A stretch of 64,000 nucleotides of DNA from Phoronis australis (lineage: Eukaryota; Animalia; Phoronida). The notes under the pieces were generated by a model that saw only the letters and a program-made list of their open reading frames with translations, searched no databases and was not told the DNA's origin. The position numbers were made by a program, and so were the translations under genes. The stretch lies in assembly GCA_002633005.1 (NCBI GenBank), contig NMRA01000157.1, forward strand, positions 62,001 to 126,000, in the 5' to 3' direction. Positions within the stretch are counted from its first letter, which is position 1; the number at the start of each line of letters is the position of its first letter. Below are positions 25,501 to 37,500 of this stretch, piece after piece.

Positions 25501-28500
25501 AGTAAGGTAAGGTGCACTGTAAATTTTCGGGTGCTAAATCCATTCAACTAATGGTGACTATCCCTAAGAGTTTAAACCAAGGAAATAGTAGCCAAAACAC
25601 AACGAATCAAATCAAATAATTTGATATCTCACAATGCGATACATAAATCACAAATTCCATGCACTGCCTGACAACCAATTGGTTACAAGTCAGTCTCTTA
25701 AACAACACTATGCTTCTACAAGAATCGATACTGTTCCTAAATCCTGGACTAAAAGCACTACCAATAATTTAGTGTATACGCAACGACCGTGTCAATTGCA
25801 CGAATCACAACGAATCACCTTTTGGTACACGCCCACCCAGTGTCAATCAATGAGTTAACCAATCACTTACCTCGCACCAGCCACGGACTTGTTCCTTTCT
25901 TGATTGCGTTTCCTCTGATAATGAGTCCTACAAAAAATCACAGTTGCGAGTACAGTACAAGCCAAAAGTATTCAGACAAAATGATGCCCGGGAAACCACG
26001 TCATGGCGGCTGAGCGGAAGTCAAATTCCTCAACAGAGTAGTCTCCCCTGATGACCAAAAATGAAGGGAAATTAACAGGAAAGTTAGTGAGGTAGCTAAG
26101 CCTTTATGTCCAGTAATTTTTGCTGATAGCAGGATTAGCCGTCATAACAGGAAAACTGTATTTGGCAATTGCTTTTGTCTTGCATTCAAAGATTTAAACG
26201 AAAATTATGATGAAATGAAACGTAAACAAGATACTAGTAGATTTCCACCAAGACAGAAAAACATGTTTATTTATAACTTGAGAAATATTACGGGAAATCA
26301 ATTTTGAGATTTTTCCTTTCTATAAGTCCAGAATCAGAGTTGGTGCTTTTTCAAGAGTGGAAATTAGAGTAAATGTCACTCAGTGCTAGAGTACATATCA
26401 CTCAATGTGAAGAAGAAAGTACTAACAGTGAACCACTGTGGACTGTAATCAATGACGTAACAGGTCAACTCTACCTGGACCTCTGAGCATACTCCATGAT
26501 GCTACAGGTCAACTCAACCTTAACTTCTGGGCATACTCTATGATGCTACAGGTCAACTCAACCTAAACTTCTGGGAATACTCTATGATGCTACAAGTCAA
26601 CTCTACCTGAAGCACTAGTCATACCCTATGATTTTACAGGTCAACTCTACTTGAACCTCTGGGTACACTCTGTGATGCCAGAGTTCAACTCTACCTGAAT
26701 CTCTGCTGTATGATGACTGCAGCATTTCTACTCCGCTTGAATCGCTCATGTTCCTTGTATGTTCGATACTGATTCTGAATAATTCTGGCAGCATCCTGAC
26801 TCTTTTTGAACCGCTTCTGGGCGTAATATGTGCGGAACTGGCTCTGAATCGTCACAGCTGCTTCACTCATTCTTTTATAGTATGCATACTACAAACAAAA
26901 TAATCCCAGTAACATTGGTTTTTGCATTAAATTAGCAATCATTTTTCTAGCTTGAGATAGCTTTCAGTCTCAGTAACCATAGTTCTGTGAATTTTAATCA
27001 ATGATATAGGCTGAGCTTGAAAATTTTTGGCCAGCTTGAGTAATATTGGGCAACCCTGAATAACATTGGGCAAAGTTGGATGGTACTGATTAAAACCACA
27101 GAGTAATAGCTGCAGAATTGCAAAATTAATTGGCTGTTCGCTATTAATGCACCAACACCTACATGCAAGTTTCCAGCTTTCAACCAGTTACGATTGCAAC
27201 AAATTTGTACTAATTTCTTTGCGACTGACTATTGGATAAATGCAAACGATATAATGACTCATTTGCTTGACTAATGAAACTTTTCCATGACTTATTAATT
27301 TCTTCGGTTTTATGATACGAGGTTTTCAGGCATGAAAACTCGTTTTGTTACGTCCCAGATTTTCCATCGTTCCCAGATTTCCCATCGAGGAAACAACGAA
27401 AAATAGTTGTCAGCAACGCTGTTATAAGCTTGATCACTTTGCTTGCACGCACTAAAAACACAATAAAAACTCCCACCGTTGGCCAAGAGGACTTCTCAAC
27501 ACAAATGCGTCGATACCTGCTTGTAGCGTCGGTAGTAGCTTTGAATTAAGATGGCCGCTCTCACTTCCCGCTCTTTGTGCATCTTATTCTGCAGTTTAGT
27601 CTTGTACTGGCGAAACGCATCCTGGATGATTTTGGCTGCTTCAAACAGGTTACGCTGTTCTTGGTCTACGCAGGCAAACAGAAGAAAAAAAACCCCGAAC
27701 ATTGATGTTTTCAAATAAATTCTATCTACCGGCTAAGATCAAACAGTTTAAACTCATCAACCATTTACTAGAAACATTCCTATAACATAACAAGAAGTGG
27801 CAAGAAAACGGGAATAATTTCATGAGCGCATCTCACATCATAGGTTCATAAAAATGATCACAGGAAAATAGAACACGTATGAAAATAATGGACTCTGTCA
27901 GGTGGTAATGGCTTTCTGCCAGGATCTCCAGAGATCAGACGCTTCAAAACACAACTAACTTTTAACATATGTTTGACTTTAAGCTGCTATATATTCAAGA
28001 CACTTAAATGCTCAAAATGTATAACATTTTAAAAACCTAATAGCAAGATGTAGACTCCACGTAAAACGGCAACTGTTGGTAGTCCAGGAAATAGCAAAGA
28101 CTGTTCAAATGTTTATGGCGTCTTTATTGTCACACAGGAACTTAAGCCCAGAAAATGCGAGAACCGTATACCTGGAAAACAGTCAAACCTGAACACTCCA
28201 CCGTACCTTCAAGTATTGAAACCGATCCAATTTCTATTTTGATTATCAAATGTTACAATTACGTGAGGCACCAACTTACCTGACAATGTGAGCAGAGAGA
28301 AGTCTTGCTCGAGGAACATGGCGGGGGCGTTGAAGTACTCCCTGAAGTCTTCCTTGGTGGGCGGCGGCGAGTCCAGTGCAAAACTGTATGGGCTGGCTAA
28401 ACAGGGTGAGGCGGGGCTTTGGCACGAAGTGGGTGTACCCAGGTCAGGGTATCTAGAACAGACGCGGGCGGTTGAGGCGGTAGTAGTGAGTAAAAGCAGT

Positions 28501-31500
28501 TCCCATATAAATTCAAACCAAGAATAACATGAAATTGTCAGACACAAAAATATGAGAGACTATAATTAAAAAAAAAAACGAGAAACAAAAGAACCACGTT
28601 GGGCAAGAAATACTGCACAATTTTCGTAGACTAAAAACACCACCTATTGGCCAGAACGATAACACCATTAGCCAAGCTGAAGTCTGTGAGAGAGGAACAC
28701 AACGCTGCTAACTCAAGTGAGTAAAGTTCAATAAATTTTTCTGTATTTCAAAACATAAGTAAGCTAATAGACCCTATAAGAACCAGGTCACCAGTTAACA
28801 GCTGATTACGACCAGGACCCCAAGTCACCTGGTTGTTTTGTTTGATGACTGCCCCAATTATGGACGATACCTAACCCACCCTGGCTAATCATGGACAAAA
28901 TTTAGTTCCCGTGGGCATTAAACAAGAGAAAGTTGATGTGTTTTCTGTTTACAATCCACCCACCTCCCTTCATCGAATGCAGAGTTATCTCCCATCGGTG
29001 TGCATATTCCAGAGTCCTCAGCGTGCACCTGAGGCGGGGTGTGGGCAGATGAGCAGTGAGAGCTGAACGAGCTTCGTGAGCTACTACGCTCCCTCCCACC
29101 ACGAGGAACGTCGAAGTCATCCGAACGACTTGGCGACAACTTGATGCGCTCCGGAATGGCGGCGATGATCTGTGTGGCGAGGTTCACCATTTTCTCACTA
29201 GAGGGATCCTGGGCTTCCTCGTCAGAAACTGTCTCGACATCGATGTAAGGACTTGAACACCTGATGTCATCTGGAAATGCAGTATTGGTTAAGAAAAGAA
29301 CAAAAACCATGCTGGACACATCGCTGGGTGCACATAATGACAATGACTTATAAAGATAAAAAAATACTTTTTATTTTACAATGACTGAGCGATACTTACA
29401 CTGAATAAATGTTGCTTCGATCATATGCGAAGCAAAGTAAAGAAATATCCGAACAAATGAAAAACAATGACCACAAATTTAAAGAGCTTTTGTGCACAGT
29501 GAATTAACTATCACTCAAATAAATTTGAAATCGCAGTCTTTACAAAGTTCATTTCATATATATGTAGTAAACAGATTCACAGTTCAATGACCACTAAAAT
29601 GTATAATGATTGTCTGTGGAAGAACATTTCAGTATCCTACAGTACAAGTTGTTGTACTAAGTTATCTTTGTAGACAACAGAGGGCTAGCTCAGCTAAGAG
29701 AAAGTTTACAAATATATTTTACCCGTTTCCATGGCGACATCTTTCCTTGCATCCAAGAAGTGTCCACGGTTGCCAGCAAGCTGTTGGTCCTTGTCCATGA
29801 CAAAGAAACGGTTCACGAGGTTTAGTGACTCCTTCTGTGAGTTAGATATTGAAATGTCATCCAACAAGTTGAGATGGGGATCAGAGTTCACTGATCGAAG
29901 ATTCCTCGATTCCTCTATACTCTGAGGTGTGGTGCTCGTGCGACCCTCTAACGCTGGGCCAACCGAGAACTGCTTTGTTAAATACGTGCGTTTCTTTCCA
30001 GTTTTAGTATCGTCTGTCAGCACAATAGGTGACGCCACTGAAGCACTGCCAGCCATATTGGACAATGGCTGCGTTGGAATGTCGACGGAAAGATTGCTAA
30101 AATGGCTGCTGCCCACTTGGGGCATTGTCGTCGAGAAAGAAATGTCTGATATGCTACTGTCTGTGGCTTGGGTCGTGTTGAATGATGACGATGTGAAACT
30201 GGAATCGACCGAATGTGTTGGCGTTGTTGATATGAATGAGTCACCGGTCGTCAATGCATCCAGGTTCGGTGAGAGCGGCAGCAGAGTGGCGCTACTCGAT
30301 TTCTCCATATCAAGCAGGGACTGCGCCAGGTCGGAGTAACCATGGCAATGCGCTATCGTGACCGGCGTGAAGCCGTTCTTGTCACAGACCTCCATTGCAC
30401 TTCTGTCCCACTGGTACAGCACCTGCGCAGCAGACGCTCTACCAAGACCACAACTCCATAGCTGAAAATGAAATCAAAACAAACCAGGTTATTGGCAATG
30501 GGGACATGTACTCTCACCGACAAGAAACAGCAAAGAGACTAAGTGTTTGATGATGTGACTGACGTCATAATTTTCAAAAGCAGAAATAGTGTGAATCAGT
30601 GCAGTACCTTTTGCGAAAACCGTGAGTGACTTAAATTGTGTTTTTGAAATAACTCCACATTCACCAAGTCGTCTCTCAGTATTTATATTTATATTTATAT
30701 TTATATTGGAGAAATCAAAGATGGTTTGGTACAAGATTCAAGAACGCAAAATACCTGACAAACCGACAGGTGTGGGTGAACATACCTTGGCCACTGGATA
30801 TTTCGTTTCTCTACACTCCGCCAAAATCATCGGCAAGGGACAGAATTAGAAATAAGAATGCTCATAAGATTAAAGAATCTATTGAGATTGTGATACAGTG
30901 CCCCATTCCAACCTGGACAGTAATGCTCAGCGATTTCCCAGTATAATAATCTCCTTAATATTAAAAAGTGTACAGCGGGAACCAATCCATTCATTTGCAC
31001 CACACCAAAACGCTAATGACCATCCTATTTACTATCCTTGTCAATGTTTGCATTAAATTTTCTTTTTACATGCAGGCATTATGGTCTCAGATATAATGCT
31101 ACATTCAGACAGAAACAATAATGGCCTTACCAGCGGAGTTGAGGAGTTGCCATCCACGCTCAGCGCATCGACTTCAGCACTCAGCACAGCACGATTGACC
31201 TCGTGTCTATAAAAGTCGGACAAGGTCAACGATAAGGTCAATGCAAAGGTCACTCCCAAAGTATAAACTAGAAGAGCAATTATCAAAAGAGTTTGAATAA
31301 AATCAATTTTAACGTGGTTTGCAACAAACTGCACAGAATGAAAAGATGACAGTCACAAAAACATAAAAAATAGACGATTCCTTTTTATTCAACCATAAAA
31401 TTTTGCATCTGTATTATAGTTTAAAAGGTAGCACTACTTAGTAATCTTTCTTGTGATGCACTATGATAAGTGAAATCAAGGGTCTGTGTGATGAAATGTG

Positions 31501-34500
31501 ACTAAAGACATCAGACAGAAATGTGGTGTTACGCTCCACACAAGTATTTCAGAGAAATAATTGAATCTCGTGTCAGCACAAAAGCAAAAGTCTCTGAGAA
31601 TATGCCCATAACTTAAAGCGACTGAGATAATATTTCTAGGTTGCAATGAGCTCATAATTACACGGCAAACTTTCATTAATTCACTGTGAAGAGGAAGCGC
31701 GAGACTAAATTTCTGACTTAAGTACTAAGTCACTGTTCTCGTAACAGACCCCAGAACCAGGGTCGGATTCAGGATTTTGAGCTAAGGGAGGCCAGGGCAG
31801 AGTATTAGCCAGGATTTTGCCCATCAGACATTCGTACCTCCGAACTGCCAAATGGAATCTGGGAATATTTTGGGGGAACCCCCCCCCCCCTACCCCTTAA
31901 ATCTACCACTGAGAACACGGCACTTGAGCACTATCCATTGTTCCAGACACCAGAAATTTGTTCCATCTTGACATCTAAAGCACTGGTGGTCAGACAATGT
32001 AAAAAACACACTGCAATGCTACAGCTAGAACCATTGCCATAACTTGGATGTCGCTAGCAAATCTCAATCGAACCATTTTTTTACCTCCACTGAATGAGAG
32101 CTCTGATTAGCTTCTCGTAGCCCAGTGCAGCGGCAAAGTGCAGAAGGGTCATGCCCTTGTACGATCCTTGCTTAGACACATGCTCCAGCGTTGCCCAACC
32201 ACGTGTTTGCATTGCATTGCACGTATGCAATACCCTGTCTTCAAACGGATCATCGCTGGCAATCTTGTCCACATTCTGAAATGAGCAGAACACTGCCACA
32301 ACTTGTGTTTAGTTACCATGCGAAAGTAATTGAATGACCACCCTTGACAAGGCACTTTGGTACACTATGAAAAGCCTTGCTGGTATATTGTAACAAAACT
32401 TAGGCAGTTACTTTGTTTTAACCTATAACAGATTGTCAAATCTCTTAATCTTTTACACTTTATTGATTCTTCGTAACCCTCATCTGCTTTCAAAAATTTG
32501 TAACAATTTTGAGAATTCCAAACTAAGTCTGCAAAATTGGTGAGCAAGTGTAACACTTCAGATGTGTTATTCAACAGCTGTTGAGAAAGAGCAGCTAGAT
32601 GGAGCCACAATGACTACTTTGTGACACACTGAGGGAGCATTCATTGAAAAATATGCATATCTTCCAGGGAAGCGCCGAATGTATAATTTTTATAGGTAAT
32701 GCAACAAGTTTTGAGTTGAAATGAGCACAATTTAAAACTTACTCGGCAATTCTAGACAGTAAAGTCTGTTCTCAGAATTACAATACAGCAATGTTTATGA
32801 TGACGCGGCAGAAGATAGCTTGTAACACTCACATGTGAGTGTGCATGGAGGTTACGAGGAGCACCGTACTTTTGACAGTACCTTCACTTGCAACAGCATC
32901 ATCGACAATAATGAAAATCTCTAAGTAAGCGACAGAAGATTTGAAACATGTTTCGTGAAAAGTGACTCGAGACTTAAGACAAGAAATTTGGTCTTGGCGC
33001 ACCCCCTTCACAATTGTTGAATAAAGGTTTAGTCAAGTAATTATGACCGCATCACAGTCTCAAAATAATTAAAAGAAATCATCTCAAGTAACAATTATTA
33101 TGTAAATATTCTCAGGGACGACGTACTTTTTCTCAAGTGAGATTAAATTATTTTTCAGATACAGTCATGTAGAACGTAAAACCAAATGTCTGACTTAAGC
33201 CTCCAGTCATTTTTCATGAAACACGCCCTCAAATTACTAACTGTAGATCCTTACAGCGTGTGGGTTAAATTGCCCGTACGAGTTATCAACAGGTGTCAAT
33301 CGCTTTTCGATGTCCTGAAGCCTTTGCAACAATCCCGCTTGTAGCTGGTTAACTGCAATGGCAAGAAATCTTGCAGATGACTTCGAAAATACAAAATCCA
33401 ACAACAGTGCAAGTCATAAGTATTACATCAAAATGACCCGGAATTCCCTGTCATGACGACTGGGCGGAAACTGATTCATTTTCAGAGCAGTCTTCCGTTT
33501 CAACTGAGAATGAAGGGAGAATTAACAGGAAAATTAGTATTACGTGGCTAAGCCACTCTGTAATCAAAATTCTGTCACACTAATAGTTATTACAAGCCAT
33601 TTTTTGCTGTTTACAGAGTTATCCATCCTGATAAGGAAAGAGTATTTTGTCTTGTGCTGCATTTAACCAGTATTTAACCATTAACACCTTACTTCATCAT
33701 GCTGTACATTCAGTGGCTCTTTAAGAGAAAGCTCAAAGTCAAACCAAAACAGGAACACATAGGTCATTACTGGGCTTGACATCAGACAAGAAAACACAGG
33801 TATTGCATATTTATACTGATTTTAAGACTACAATATTTACACTGGTTTTGAGACTACAATATTTATACTGGTTTTGAGACTACAGTATATGGACAAAATT
33901 ATTTTGAGTTCAACACCGATTTCATGTAATACTTCGACATCGGAAGACAAAATAGTCTGCATTGAAACTCACTTTCTGTATGGTACGTCACTAGAGAGCA
34001 CCTGATTAGTCCAAAATTTTGAAACTTTACACATCAATTAGGGAAAGAGTTTTGTACTTGGTGCTTCAGACCGATTTCAATATACAGGCTTCAACAGCAG
34101 AAAACTCCGGGTGAAAATGGGGATACACGACGATACCGTAGTTTTGGTCACTTACCATCAATGTCCATCCAGGGCTGTCTCAGGCAGTGACCAGAAGATT
34201 TTGTCTTGTACTCAAACGCACAAGCGCTGGAGATGACGTGACCCTCACAGGCAACTTGTAACGTCACCAAACCGGCACAGTGCGCTGCAAGAATACACAA
34301 AGTCAAACACTTTACCACAAATGTCCGACATGGCCAGCAAGACAAACTTGGCTGCCCGTTTTGAAAAGTAAAACTTGCAAGGCAAAGGCAAGAACAAGTT
34401 TTCTACGTTCTTATGACATAGGCAGGCTTTCACTGAGCTATGTGTCAGTGACAAGCTTTGCACACTAGAAGCTAGAATTGCCTGGTAATGAGGTAGACTT

Positions 34501-37500
34501 TCAGTCACCGTAAGGAATTAGAAACTTGCCGCCCCGATAGTTCTTGCCAGTCATGTTTACTGTTCACAGAATTAGCCGTCACAACAGGAAAATGGAACAT
34601 TGTCTGGTACTTTTTCCTTGCACTGTAAGTCTGATACACAGGAGTGACTACAAATGTGAAACCATGAATTCTGAATCTATTGTGACCTGGCTTCCATTCA
34701 CGCCAAAGGCTGTTCATTCACCTGGTGCAAAGCATCGCAGGACACCGTTCTGCACAAGAGCTGCAGGCACCGTGACATCATCGAAGAGACATGTGTACGG
34801 AGAAGTCGTCGAGTACCACGGGCCGATGATAAGTAGCTTTGTACCACCCTGTGTTGAACAAGACAGGGTGTGTCAGACTTCAAAGACAATTAAAGGCTTG
34901 AAAGATGTACACATTTTCAAAAAAACATTCATAGGAAAAATAGTAACTTCATCGCCACTTACAGGCAACTTTTACAAGAGACAAAGCAAGTTTTTCAAAG
35001 ACGTTGAAACATACAACATAACAATTGAATTATCAACAAAAAATTAATATTTTATGGCAACCAATTGCCATGTGATAAAATAAAGTCAATGATGTCAATA
35101 ACTGTTTTACGTTGCCCCATTTTAAACTGCAGCCATAATTCAATGTACGTGTGCATGTGTACAAGAAGGAAAAGAACTTGGAGAGATGAAGAGCTGAGTC
35201 AGAAAGAGAACATTCAGGAGATTATAAAGTAAGCTTACATAATGCGCATGTAAGTTTCCTAATCCTACCAATTACCTCTGTGAAAGACCATTCTGGAGTG
35301 AAATCGGTGATGTTTGCGATACCCTCGCGTGACTCAACCTTTGGTGCTGCCCCCTGGGCAGACTTGGTTGTGACACCTCTTGACTGAGGAACAGGCAATG
35401 GCTGCTGTCGGCCACCGCTGGCACCATCGTGTGGCGTCTGCGACGTCTGCATGTCCTCAACAGAATTTAGACTGATGTCGCTAAAATCAGGTAGGTCAAG
35501 ATAGTCGAACGCATCCAGGTTGAACTCTGAACCCTGTGGCGACGGGGTTGTGATGGTCCTGAGATTTCGACTAGATTGTTGGAATTCAGCGCTCGGCTTT
35601 CCAAGCGATGGCAAGTTTGCCGACAGCGTTTGATGGAGCTCGTCTGCGGATAGCTGCAGGTTGTTCTGTTCCTCGAAGCTGCTGGACTGCCGAACAATTG
35701 GCTTCTCACTAACATGGCCTTCTTTTGATACCGCATTATTATCATGAGTCAACTGGCTGGGATTCCCTTTATCACAGTTATTCTGAACAGCCCGCTGAAT
35801 ACAGGTCATAGTCGCCTGGTTGGAGCTGGTTCCGGCGCTATACAGCGAACCGTCCCGGTTGATGAAAGAGAACGGAGCCGTGTTCTGCCCGCTGAGGATT
35901 ATCAGTCCATTGGCAGACGGTGAAAAGTTGAGGATTAACGGCGTATTCGATGTGGTGGTGGTTGTAGCGGCGGCATTGACGCCTGTCCCACCATGGTGCG
36001 GTGCCAACTGGATACCGTTTTCCTTCTTGTTTCGGTGTATGAGTTCTAACAGCCGGTTCTGGACCGCGCTCGCTGGCACACCAGTTTGAGATCCTTTTGG
36101 AGAGATTATTCGACATTTCGTGTGCGTGCACTCCGGCGAGTGCAACATACCGCCACCTGTTGTGCCACGACATAGACAATCGTGTGTCTTGGGTCGCGTC
36201 TTCTGTTGGCGAGTCTCCAGCACGTGACTTACTATAGCCTGAATCATTTCGCTGCTCTGAAGAAAATCAAACAAATTTCCATTCAATAGCTTAGCTTGAT
36301 TTTGTACAAGCCATATCGCATGCTACTCGATGTACACTGTCTGAGAATGTAATGGTACACACTGAAAACAGTGATTCTGACAAATCTCATGTTTTTTTTC
36401 TTTAACTGAATTTGGCACTTTCAATACTTTGTGTAACATACCATTAATTTTTTTTTTTGAATTCTGGATGAATACTGTTCTAGCAAATACATAAAATCTG
36501 AACCCGCAAATGCTCAACTTACCACAGTGTCTTGGGATACAGGACTGTCTAAAGTTTTTGGACTGGCATCTAGAATTGCAAAAAGAAATCCGTTGTGCAC
36601 AAGTGACTACCACATAGGCATTTATACAACGAGGACTTGAAATTGACTAGCATAGCAAGTGAAGCGAAAGTCCTGCAAGTAGAAGTGTATGCAATCAGCT
36701 AGTCACAAAGAGTGCGAAGATTCATTGAATTGTAATTGAATCACAGAGTGGGAGTGACCGATTTCAATATTAATATACCAATGCCCATTTTGATTCAATT
36801 ATTAGTTCCAATTTGCGCCATTAGGTGTCTTACAATATTACGACTTATTTGTATCTTTTGAAGAGTATTATTGAGATGTTGAACAAAGAAACAGCTCAGA
36901 ATAATTCACGAGTTGGAATCTTATAATATTTAACAATTTTGTTGCTAAAACTTAAACGAGAGGTAAAGTTAACTACTTATTTATGACAAAAAATTGACTA
37001 ATTTGACAAACGAGAATCGAATCGAAAATAACTGAATTTCTCCGAAAAAGAATCGAATCGAATTCTTAAAAATGCGCATCATCAAGCCCCTAGTAATCAC
37101 ATGGCTCCCTTATAACAAGAACGCTTCTTGATCACAAACTATTCCGGTGTCAAAAAGAGTCTCAAACAAAGAGTGGTCGTCTCACGCCCTGATCACAGCA
37201 CTCACACATAGGGGTCAGCTCTTGGGCGAGTTCTTCACGCGTCCACTCTCGTTTTTCTGGACAGTGTTGGAGCGAGGGCAGGGCTGCCTCTTTGTTGTCT
37301 TCCGTGTTGGGCGTGTTTAAATAATGAACCAGCACGAGGTCGCGGTTCTGTAGCAGCCAATAGCAGCGACGGTGGAACGTCGGCAATATGGCCGAATGCA
37401 CGTAGCAGCCATAAATGCACTGGAATAATATAATCAACATTAGAAACTCTTTACTTTCATTCATTTATTTATATTTATATTTATTATTTATTATTTTTAA

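Noticed and set aside
26889-27516. Equivalent of the short vertebrate cassette exon between CAMTA IQ exons
   Set aside because: I found no convincing acceptor/donor pair in this intron
29929-30339. Plus-strand ORFs opposite CAMTA exons (also 28288-28527, 34544-35047, 35820-36089)
   Set aside because: Antisense shadows of real coding exons; no independent splice or homology support
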